Assembly: GCA_002633005.1 (NCBI GenBank)
Contig: NMRA01000065.1
Coordinates: forward strand, 355,481-419,480
Source: Phoronis australis
Lineage: Eukaryota > Animalia > Phoronida
DNA: 64,000 nt
Reading direction: 5' to 3'
Below are positions 1-11,500 of the stretch, piece by piece. The first letter of the stretch is position 1. Each line of letters opens with the position of its first letter. A program made the position numbers and the translations under genes. The notes under the pieces were generated by a model, which was not told the DNA's origin, did no database searches, and worked only from the letters and a program-made list of their open reading frames with translations.

Positions 1-30
1 TGTTTAAACCAGCACCTACATGGCAAACTG

Positions 31-215
31 AAGTCGGATTCAAGGAAGGGGTGAAGGGTGTCCAGATCCCTCTTTTTAACCAGACTGTCAGAAAACACGG
101 TAATATAATTTGATTTTTACTTTTTCGTTTCTACAAACAGCGAGATGAAGAGATCCCTTGTAAAGATCGCGACACTGAACGTTATCCCTTTCTTCAGAAA
201 CCTGGATCCGCCTTT
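31..215. mobile_element. Degenerate MITE (GGCGGATCCAG type)
   Basis: AAGTCGGATTCAAG...GGGG at the left end and CCC...CCTGGATCCGCCTT at the right end. Confidence 0.45.
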
Positions 216-652
216 GAGCCTGTTATAGTTGACGTTCAATCAAAACGTGACCTACATAAACTACTAATTAAAAACTGCTTTGCACTAATAACGAATGATG
301 TCTTTGGTTGTTGTTCTTCAAATTATTTTGCCTGCCGGAGATGTTCCTAGTGTGTTTGAGAATCAAAACAATTAAATTCAAGCGTTTTAGCGCTACACTC
401 GACGTCGTAACCACTCTTTGTAGGCAAACGTTCACAAGAAGTAAAACCAAATTTTATTTTTACTAAAAACTAACCTGTATACGTATATAAGTAAAATGGT
501 GCATTAAAACCCGAACAATATGCAGTATCCACACAGTACCACCCACAAGCTGGGATGCATTGCCAGCTAAATGTATTAATTCACCTTTGTTCACAAAACG
601 AGTCTCGTTTTTATCTGTCTGTTTTTTGACTCAACAGTTCCTAGTTGATCCA

Positions 653-3300
653 TTATTTTTTCTTTGAAAACAACCCTTTAGCCTTGCTGAGCAGTCCACT
701 AATCCCAGACTTTTTCTTCTTGGGCTTCTCCGCCTCCGCGGCCCCCACCTCTCCTGCAGCCTCTTCGTTCACTTTGGCTACCTCCTCTGCTTTTTCGTCG
801 TTATCCTCTTTGGCAGAACCGGACACAAGTTCAACACCTTTGTCCTTGACAGCTTCAACGACGCCCTTTTCGCCTGATTTTACGTCCGTATAGACATCTT
901 TTCCCGCTTCTGAAAAACACGTGGTTTACAATACTCAGAGCTCAACTCCTTTGTTACTAGTGGAAAGAGGTCGCATCACAAATACTCCCTATTTAAGTAG
1001 TTAAGCAATCGTTTTTGTCATTCTCCAACAGGATCTAAATTTGAATTTCTCATGAGAACTCCGAATACCACTCTTCTAAAATTCGTCCGCTATGCTCTCA
1101 AGGCGTCACAATTTACTATCCAGTGTGTAACGCACCTGACAATGTATTGTCTTGTATGTTATACTTTAGGCCTATGGCAAATGGTCTGCTTCTAGGGGTG
1201 CTTATTTGTATCACAAAAATATATGGCTACCAGACAGCGCAAAATGTGTCAAATTCATCCAAAAGGGGAACATATCATCACTTCTTTAATTGCGAAAAGC
1301 TATTTACCAAATTTCATAAAAATTCATCAAGGAATTTCAGGGAAACGGGAGAAACGGAAAAAAATGAAATTGACAGTAAAGGGCACAACGTTCGTTGGGT
1401 ACATCTGAAAGTGTCATCGTTCGTTGTCAACTTCATATTAATACAACTGCTAACTTCAATAAAGATCATCCTGTGGGTATAGGAGATACAGCGATGGGCG
1501 CAAAAATTGTTAGGAGACACCAAAGTAGACGAAGTCGACGAAAATTTGTCAACTGACCTCTTCAAACTAAGAACATAATTTCCATGCCAGTTTTCACAAT
1601 CGTCATTAGAGTGGTTTGGTTGACGGAGGAGCGGATGCCATAAGCAGACTAGAAAAACAGTTAAAATGGCCACAAGATGGCGCAAAATATATCGAATCCA
1701 AATGGAAAGCAAATAAAATTGCCACTAGAGGGAACAATGTTCGTCGGATCCTTCTAAAAGTCGTAGTCTTCCGCTGTCAACTTCATATAAATACACTTGC
1801 TAAGTTTAATCAAGGTAATGTGGAATGTTTAGGAGATACAGCTATCGGCACAAAAAACTGCCACTATGAGACGCCACAGTAGGCGAAGTCGTCGGAAAAT
1901 CATTGTCGATCGTCCTCACACTAAGAACATGACATGGCAATTTTCTCAATCATCCTTAGAGTGATTTGGTTAATAGAGGGGCGGACGCCAAAAAAACACA
2001 CTCGAACAATGTAAAAATGGCCACTAGATGGTTCAAAATGCGTCAAATTCATTTGAAAACGGGAACATGTCACTGTTTTCTTAATAGAAGGTTACTACCA
2101 TAATTTCATGAAAATCCGTCAAGGAACTTCATATAGAAATAGAAATGAAATTGCCATTGGGGGGCACAGCATTAGTCGGATCGGTCTGAAATTGGTCGAC
2201 GTCCGTTGTCAACGTCATATAAATACGCTTGCTAAATTCAATAAAAATCCTGCAGTGGCTTAAAGACATGCAGCTATAGGTGCAAAAAAAACAAATATGC
2301 CACTAGGAGGCGCCACAGTAGTCGAAATCGTCGGAAAATGATCGTCAACCGTCTTCTTCACACTAAGAACATATATGTCAATTTGCGCAATCGTCCTTAG
2401 AGTGATTTGGTTGAAAGAGGCGCGGACGTCAAAAACAGTCTCGTAAACAGTAAAACTGGCCACTAGGTAGGGCAAAATACCATGAATCCGTCCGAAAACA
2501 GGACGACAGCAAATTTCATGAAAAACCGTTGATGTTCCTTGATGATACAGAGGTAAACGTAAAAAAGTAAAACTGCCACTAGGGGGCACGTCGATAGTCA
2601 GATCCGCGCAAAATTCATCGTCACCCGTCGCCAGCTTCACATAAGCACATCTGCCAAATCTGATCAAGATCCTGTGAGGGATTTAGCAGATAGGGCTGCG
2701 GACGCCGGACGCCCAGGCGCCCGGACGCCCAGACAGAGAAGACGGCAATATAAATATATGGGCGCAATAAAAAGGTTACTATAGTTTGAAAGGCAAAGCG
2801 GAAAAAATTCCAGGACACAAATTTTCTATTCAGGACCAAACTCAAAATTAAAACTTATCGCGCCACGACCCAAAATTTAACACGTCAGGATCGAAAATTT
2901 ATCAGAAAACAAAATTTACCACGTCAGGAAAATTTTACATCAGGAAAATTTCATGCCAGGAAAATTTCACTCGTGCGTTTGTGCATGTGTATATAGGTGC
3001 ACGAAAATGGTCTTTGTGGTGTTGCAGCTCCTTTGTTATAAGGTTATCATTCTGCTTTTGAAAACTTGCTCGTTTCCCTGAGGCCTACCCAGCTCACCAT
3101 TCTATGCCAAATAATACGTTTTATTTAAGAAACAACGTGTCATTTGTGTTTTTGACTCGAGGGAAAACTTATCATTGAAAATATAGTAGTAGTACATATG
3201 CACCCTGTAGGGAGCCTACCTGCCGGTGAAACTTGAGTGCAGACTTACCAACAACTACTTCGGTGTCAATATTTGAAGCCAGTTCTTTCGCCGTTTCCAT
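653..3300 (-). CDS. Unrecognised small protein, 102 aa, acidic with a basic amphipathic C-terminus; two coding exons (3249-3300, 653-909)
   Basis: Exon A runs from ATG at 3300 (METAKELASNIDTEVVV) to donor G|gtaagt in phase 1. Exon B follows acceptor tttttcag at 910-911 and reads (E)AGKDVYTDVKSGEKGVVEAVKDKGVELVSGSAKEDNDEKAEEVAKVNEEAAGEVGAAEAEKPKKKKSGISGLLSKAKGLFSKKK, then TAA at 653-655. Phases match. Exon A has its own acceptor at 3314-3315, implying an upstream non-coding exon; a candidate donor CAG|gtatga lies at 5957. Confidence 0.8.
1200..2773 (+). mobile_element. Helentron/HINE(DINE)-like non-autonomous element with about 4 internal 350-440 bp units
   Basis: Repeated landmarks GTTGTCAACTTCATAT-like (about 1423, 1773, 2205) and AGAGTGATTTGGTT-like (about 1608, 1958, 2401), followed by a GGACGCC-type microsatellite (2699-2735), a degenerate hairpin and an A-run. 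Boundaries are approximate. Confidence 0.65.
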
Positions 3301-4220
3301 TCTCACAAGTTACCTAAAAAGACAACCGAACACTCGATTTGTGAAAGTGCGAGACTCGGCGAAAACCAATTCTCGTTCTGTTACAAACCATTCCTTCCGC
3401 GATCATTTAGTTCAATTTCTTTTGATCGCTGGACCGCAGAAATAGAACAAAAAAGGACTGTGTCCCTAATGACTTGCAGTGTTATGAGAGAAGTTCATAC
3501 ACGAGAGACATTATAGAATGTGTGACTATGAGCAGAAGGGTGCGAAAATGACTTGGTAAAGAGTGAGCAGCTAACTACGTGTTGTGTGTTTCTAATTTAA
3601 TGGTTTTTGTTTTTTTAAGTACCAAGTTCGTTTTCACCCAGAGTAGTCCTCCGTTCACTGTCCAGCTTGGACCACTTCAGTCCCAGCAAGTAGTCAACAA
3701 ACTCAAAAATTTTGCTTGTTTATCCTACCTAGGTTTTTGATTTACAAATTACCCGTTAGGTTGCATTAAAGATACTGTAAGCAACGCCCGGTTTCTCTTG
3801 TGCACCTACGAGTACATTCTTCCCTTACTGAGTTAACAGTGCTGGTCGTGTACTCAATCTCAACTTTGATACTGGACAGCCAGTTTGTTTGCTTTTAGTG
3901 CATAAAAGTTGACGCTGCAATAAACCTACGCTTTCTTTCAAAAAACGACTATTGATCTAGGCCATTTACGGTTATAAAATGGGTCTCTTTTCATCCCTTA
4001 GAGTTGATTTCTGGGCTCGGAAAGAACTGTAAGATCTTTATTGTTTCGGTGCATGGGGCGGGGCCCGTTTTACCAAAGGTCGTTTTGCATGGTCATACCA
4101 ACAAGGTGTCGTGTATAGGGGGCGGGGCCCGTTTCATCAAAGGTCGTATGCATGGTCATACCAACACAGTGTCGGGTACCGTACGTGTACGTTAGGGCGA
4201 AAGCGACGCAACATGCACCG

Positions 4221-4377
4221 TTCCAAACGCCGTAACACCAATCATGAGTTTATTAAATGCAAGCCGTTACATGCTTGCAGCTCATTGTAATATATTATTA
4301 CAATACATTATACACCGTAACACTCTTCAACGAGTCCTACATGCGTGTTACAGTGAAAGGTGTTACGGCGTTTGGAA
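4221..4377. mobile_element. Small MITE-like inverted repeat
   Basis: Perfect 19-bp inverted repeat TTCCAAACGCCGTAACACC / GGTGTTACGGCGTTTGGAA. Confidence 0.6.
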
Positions 4378-7300
4378 ACAACTGAACTGATATTTTTTCT
4401 TATTCAGGCCGTCTTTGCAATTTGCGGTTTTCAAATTAAAAAGGAAGTGTGTTTTAGGTAAGACAGACCGGTCACCTTTGATAAAATGGGCCCCAGGCGT
4501 ACCCAAAACATCTGTCCCAATAGTTTACGATTAGCCATAAAAGTAATATGTGGGTCATCGAGGAAACTAGAGCCGTATTATTGTCGGACAAGTTTAATTC
4601 AAACAACAGATAAGAATGAGAATTACAGACGTTGCTTTGGAAGATCGTTTATACGCGAATACGCGATGACAGAAGTTTCAGATTTGGGGCTCACTAGAAA
4701 TGTCGCAAAGTTAGCACCATTTGTTGTGAAACCTGTCCCCTGAAGGTGGATTGTCCATGCGAAGCACGGTCCAGTACCTAAAAGAAGCTGCGATGGCAAA
4801 CTTTAGTCAAAAAATTCGAAAGGTTCATCTAGATAAGTGTGACCGCTTTATCACAAACTTCAATGTGTGCGTTGCAACTATCATTCAAACAGAAACTGTC
4901 AAACGATAAAGATTTCCTTTCTGTGACACATTTTTGAAAAGTGTTCAAATGAGGAGTTGGTGTGCAATCAAAATGAGGTATCATTTTTGGCCCACCCTGT
5001 TTGTTTTCCCCAATCGCGCTTCTTTATATTTTGTTAACTTACGGCCTAGAATAAATTGCTGCCATAATTTTAAAATATAATTAACTAAAAGATTCGCCGC
5101 TAAAAATAATAGCAGGGTTTTCTTGGCTATTTTTAAAACAAAATCCAAAAAGTGTCATTTAAACACCTTTAAATTTCAGAAGCTGTAAATCGTACGTTAC
5201 TGAAATTGACCCAAGATGGGTAGCGTCGATGCAAGCATAGTGCCATCTGTTGACTATTTTCAATCGGCAACAGTATGATTGGTATCGTCTTACGCTTTTC
5301 TTCCGAGGCATTCATCTGAACGGATTGTTGAAAATAAGCACACAAGGGACAGAAGTTACGCTCTTTTTAACAAAACATGTGTACCATTATAACGCGCAAA
5401 TTACAACGGAGTCGAGTACTGCACTACAATAAAATTAGTATTTCGACAGTTGTATTAATGGTAAGCAATCACGCCTATAAGATCCCAAGATTCACATGAT
5501 TTTGTCACTAAATGTATGTCTCATCTGCCGTGCCTGTACTCGTGAAACACTTAATGCAACGGCGAAATAAGCATACGAGTCTCACGTGATCACAGCCAGA
5601 TAGTGTTATAGTCCCAGATACAACATTTAACAAATAATTACAGAGCTCTCTTATTACGCTGGCAACCGAATTTCCGAAAATATTTATATGTACAGCTCAC
5701 TGCCAAGACATGGAGACACCGCCGCTTATTATTCCTACATAAACCATTATTCTGAAAAACATAAGCACTCACAGTAATTTTGACGCACCCATAATGCTCT
5801 CGGATTCATTGTGCTATACTCTGTTAAAAAAAACGGTATAAGTTTTCCGTTGCTTAATTCTACTACAAAATACTGATTTCACTGATCCACCCAGAAAAAC
5901 AATCTGAAACAGTTAATGTCAAGTCTCAAATACATTCAAATCGAGGAAACTCATACCTGATCGTCGTCTGCCTCTGGGTCCGCTCGCTGAACGTAGGTGA
6001 CATGTATGAATAACACAAGCACTCACCGGTTCACCGTGTTGTATTGTGACAGCTTGAATTTGAGTCTTATTCAAGGCAATGTTTCGTGTCAAGCAAGCAT
6101 TTGAGATCAACTACAGGAATTCCATTGATAGCTAACAAGCAGCTTTTCCTCCGCTCTTTTGTGATGACGTAAGCGCTTGAATCCCTTGAAAACAGAGACA
6201 TTGTATTGCCCTAACTTTCCCGTAGAGCTTGTATTGAAACGAGAATAGCAACACGACAGCAATGACAAACTTCGAAGGGTTGGAGAATAACAATCTTTTG
6301 CTAACAGAATAGCGTCAGTCAGCTGAGAACAAGAATTCGACAGTAGAGTCGTACCGGTCTTGCATACCTAAAAGAAGTTACCCAATTGTAAATACTTGGA
6401 TTCAAAATATTAACAATAATGATATAACAGGCTAATAATAAAATGTTTACTATGACTTTATTGAGAATGTAACTGATACCATCCAGTACGGTTCAACTTA
6501 CACTTTTTCGCTATGAGGGCGGTCTGGTACCATTTCGGACCGGGTGGACCTATTCGACAACCACATTTGATTTGATTACGCGCCAGATTTCATAATGCAA
6601 TTACACCGATATTTTATCATTGAATTCTGTATGCCGCTATCATTCTAAGTGGAGAGTCTAAAATTAAGTTTCAAAAACAAAATTAAGTGACATCGTCTAA
6701 AGGACTAAAAGATATGCATTGCCAACAAACCCCCATGAGAGGCCCACCACACAGTCGGTGTTCATGTAGTCGTGTGGATAGGATCCATGTAAGAATGTTA
6801 GTGTGTGGAGTTTCGTGGACCGCCAACTAATGGCTTAGCCTACAAAACAAGCTGCCTGCGAGTTGCAAACAACGCAACAACAGCTTAGAGTTAGAAGAAA
6901 GGCCAGCTCCGTGACCAGTATAAAAATCAGTTAAGAACAGATTTCAAACGAAGAGATGCCCACTAGGATAATACGTATTTTTCTTAGTATATATTGATGT
7001 GACGAGCTGAGCGTGACCCTCGGTCACTTGAGTCAAGTAGGTCAACTTTGTTTTTGATGCAGATCGACGGCACGATTTGCCGGTTGCTTATTTAACCAAG
7101 ACAACGCTAAACAAATGGGAGAACAATAAAGAACATTGATTGCTAGCTCTTTTTTACACTGAAATGCGCGACTTCAACTGAGAACTAAAGTTCTTTAATT
7201 GTAACGCAATGAACGGGCGGATGCCTAGTGAGTCTGAGCCGTGTGAGGCCTCGGGCTATTCAAGTTATGGTGGGTTACAGTCCGTAACTTGCAGAGGGAT

Positions 7301-8282
7301 GAACCCCAAATTTCGCTCTCATGAACACCCGTGGTTGTGAATTACAATTTTACAAACTAAGTCTTATGGCAACTGAATGCACCTCTTACAAACTTAGACG
7401 AACTGAAACAGTCCTCTTTATGTCGAACTACAGCTCCAACTTCGAGGCTTCTAGTAAGTTTTCAAGTTCGGCAGCGACTGCCCCGACTGGCCCCGGCCTT
7501 TTCGCCATGATATGGAAAATGTTACATAAACACAGTGGCCTTGAGTTGACTGCGGGATTCACGGTTCGTTAGTTCAGAATTCCGCATTGATGTAGCCGGT
7601 GTTGCTGTTAAACCATTGCTGTCGTATCGTACTCATGGTTGGTAATTCATTGAAAAGTTGCAGATTCAGTCTTTCGCAATCCCGCGCAGATGGTTGCAGA
7701 TGATGTTTTAATTGTACCATCCAGTCGCAGTTCGCCAGTTAATGCCAAGTTAATATCTGTGTACACCATATATTGGAACTTGTTACTTACACTTATCTAC
7801 TAGCATGCAGTAATGAAATTTATGTTCGAAGTATGTCCCGAAAATAATAGGTGCGTCGCAAGCTCCGTTTCCAGAGATAAAAAGGAGACCGTGTATAGGC
7901 GATATAAGGTCATTTATTATGACTGATAATGTACAGAAATATGAGTGTACAGATAACATAAAGATGAATGAATAATCTCTGGAAAGATGGGCAATAAAAA
8001 GCGCCACGAGAGAATGTAATTTATAATATCACGGCTGCGACGGAGACTCAAAAGACTACCACTGCGACTCGATCTTACGACACATGTGACCCTTTACGGT
8101 TCGAAAATGGATAGTCAGCCCAGGCACTGGCAACCGACCTGTTATTTCACGATGACGGTGACGGTGACGACGACGATAAGATTTCACTTTAAATTTATGT
8201 AACAGGAGCTACAGAGCAGTGCGGGGATGACACTCAGACCCGCTCATCATGCTTTGCATAACCACAAACCTGTCTCCTTGAA

Positions 8283-8527
8283 CGTGCGCGCACCCAGCGT
8301 TCAATATGGGGGGCTCGAATTTCTGGCGTTGTGAAACTTTTGGTAACAAAAAAGCGGGCGGTCTATAAAAAAACGGATGCACCACTGTGAATTGCGCGTT
8401 TGTGCTTGGTTAGTGGACTTTAGCCTCATTTTCTCGTATTTTTTCTCAGAGACGGACCTTTTAGCCCACTTCGCCAAATGGGGGGATTTCTAGCCCCTCG
8501 AGCCCCCCTTCCCCGGTTGCGCGCATG
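8283..8527 (-). mobile_element. About 240-bp MITE (CATGCGCG termini), copy 1
   Basis: Termini CGTGCGCGCACC ... GGTTGCGCGCATG; internal sequence matches the reverse complement of 28055-28288. Confidence 0.75.
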
Positions 8528-11500
8528 TTTGAAGAAGGAGATGTTAATTTTTTCTTCACCAAACATATACAAACAATATATGCAGATTTGAAATTGTAGA
8601 TCAAAGGCAAATGACACTACAAGTTTACCACCATACAGTATAATACAATACAAAACAATACAATACAATGAAAAACAATCTTGTCTAATCTTATCAAATC
8701 TAAACTAAACTAATGTATCCAATCTAAATGAACACGAACGTAAAATAATGCAATGCAAATAAAATGCAATAACTAGGTATTTAATTATATTTACAAATTT
8801 AGGAGCTACAGAATAAACAAAAGAATATAGACACATTAGACCTGCAGCCCAGAGCACTTAGCATAGATGAACGAGGTATAAATACTATGGCTGTTGACTT
8901 TGTCAGCACTATCAGGGGACCTCAACGTGGAATTATAGCGTACCACGATGCACACTGAGTCGTCGAGTGGATGATATACATATATCGTGGGCCAAACGGG
9001 GGAAAGTGTCGTTCGTAATTACAACCGCAATCGTTATATCCGATGAGAAACTGGTTGTTAGTAGGTCGCGTGATCTCTGAAGAAGTTGTCGGCTCGTAAT
9101 TTTACGCTCGTTTTTTCGCTCGTAATGTGTCTTTTAATTCCGCCATCAGAGTTTGTTTATTCCTAGGCGCCAAATTCGGATATTCTGTGATAAATAGTTT
9201 GCAACAATGAGAAATTGTGAGTTCGAGATAAAACATCGATTACGGGGAAAAGCCCACTACTGAGAAGGTTCCCCACTGAAAATATTGGACTCATAAAAAG
9301 TAGCGATTAAATGAACCTGTAAAATCAAAGTGAATTATCAGTAAAACATTATACATCCGTTAAGGTTAGAGAATTTTTGAGACTGTAAAATAAAATGATT
9401 TGTTGTAATGCACCCATAAAATGCAACTGGATTATTTCATCGCGAAATGCGACAAATTAATGAATTTGTAAATATTAGAAATGAATAGTTCATTAATATG
9501 AAACTTAATTAATGATCCGTAAAATGCGACAACGAAGATTACATAAGGCCACGTAAAATCATAAAATGCTTTTTCGGATTCATTAGTTCGTTACCTGATA
9601 CATATTGAATAATCCACTGAATGACCTGAAAAGAGCCGTGAGAATCCGTAAAATGGGACGAATGACTTTGATTCAACCACTCAAATTTGCCCAAATGTAG
9701 GCCCGGAAGGCGTATCCGGTGTGAAAGCCAACTGTTTAGGTTAAGCAGATGTACAGCGTGTAGAATAACTCGTTTCAAATTTACAAGAGAAACATTTTAT
9801 TAAAGCTTTACCATTGCTCAGCCTGTGGGATAGAACTCGTCAACCCTGAAGGCTTGTCGTCACTAAAGTTTTTTATCGTTTTGGGTAAGATAATACTGTA
9901 AAAAAATCTAACTCTTGTCAAAATCCATGTCCAAGAAAATCTTGTCCCCCGTCTGGTACTGTCGACTTCCAGATTAATAACAATTATACTATTAAAATTT
10001 GGTAGCAAAAAGAAGAAAATGCAATATGTAATATACGAAACGTTAATGGTTTAGTACTTTTTGCTCGGTTTGCCGAGAAAAATATGTGTCCTGTTGTGAC
10101 ACATAATCATGAATTGAACAGAAGTTGACTTTCAAACAAAAAACGATTTCAGCGCAATTTCAACAGAATTTAGCAGAATGCAAGGCCAACTGAATGGGCA
10201 TTTAACATTGAAATAAATAAAAGATTCATAATAGTTATGGCTCAAGCACCAAAACAAATTGTACAAAACTGCTTTTTGTAACAGTGTGTCTGCACATATA
10301 TTATAGTTAAATCTTCACCGATGACAATGTAGCCGATTTAACATAACGTTCAATTCAGAAAAGTCGCCATGTTGTCCTGTGTGGATTGTGAGCACCTTAA
10401 CCAGTCATTTCAATAAGTTACACATGCGTAATTAAATTCTGGTGTAAACTCTTGGATTGTACAAAATGGTAGGTAGTAACTAAATTCCACTGCTAGAATA
10501 TTTGTGAAAATGATGTTTATGCACAGAGTTGTTATTTACGAAACGTTAATGATTTAGTTGTTGTTTTTTTTTTGATCGGTTTGCCGTTTTTGGTCGCACT
10601 GTGGTTTTCGTGTTGTGAACGACTTGAAGTTGTGAACGGAAAGGCAGAGAAATTGCAACTTTTCAAATGAAAACGCATTTGAATGGGCAACACACTAAAT
10701 TATTGCCGCTGTTCGATGTAAAAATGAAATATTGAGATCTGTCATTTCTATTTTTGTGGGTAGTGATAATTCGATGACCGTACGTGTGTAAAAAAAACAA
10801 TTCATGTTTCAGTAACTTTATCATGTGTGACAAATTCTTGTGTAGCTTATCTCAATGTAACCACTTTACCTACAGTGACGGTCGTGGCGAAGATTCGCTA
10901 TTCAGTGTGGCTAGCTTATCTCATCACCTGCAACTGACTTGTTTGTTACGACGCATTCATGACGGTTTCTACAACTGTCGACGGATCTACTGCATAAACA
11001 AGTCACCAAACATTTGACTGATTGCGACACACGCGATAAACACAAGCGATCAACTGTAAGTTTGCGTGTTCGCGGATGTACTGTCATAGTATACAAATAC
11101 ATGCTTAATGGCACCAGTGTATTGATTTGGGTGGCAGTAAAACTCAATAAATTATGAATGAAACGCGATTGATTTTCTACGAAAGTCTTCTTCTGCAGAG
11201 GGAGTACTGGACTATGGTGGGGAGAAAGACGACTGGAAATTGTGAATAGTTTGTTACCGATGTCACGTAAGTCGTGATTTAGTGTAACATGTAGTTTTTC
11301 ATTGTTAGAAAACATCCATAATATAGTTAAGACGACGTAATTGGCAGCGTGCGTAGGGTTAAACGCGTTGTAACACATACTGTATGTAATTGAGAGTATG
11401 AACGACAAACTCAGTGTTCTTAGAAGCTATAAACAATAGGTTAACAGTGGAAGGTTCGGACATAACACGCAAATACTCTTATGAGACATTACATGATGTA

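Noticed and set aside
645-893. 82-aa Ser/Phe-rich plus-strand ORF
   Set aside because: Antisense shadow of the real minus-strand exon 653-909.
1123-2667. ORFs of 88-135 aa in the intron of the 102-aa gene
   Set aside because: They lie inside the HINE-like repeat, are not conserved between units and show no transposase or Rep/helicase motifs.
10911-11408. 165-aa minus-strand ORF
   Set aside because: Non-ATG start and no family motif. The region looks more like an MFSD6 5' non-coding exon (donor-like gtaagt near 11055), which I cannot confirm.
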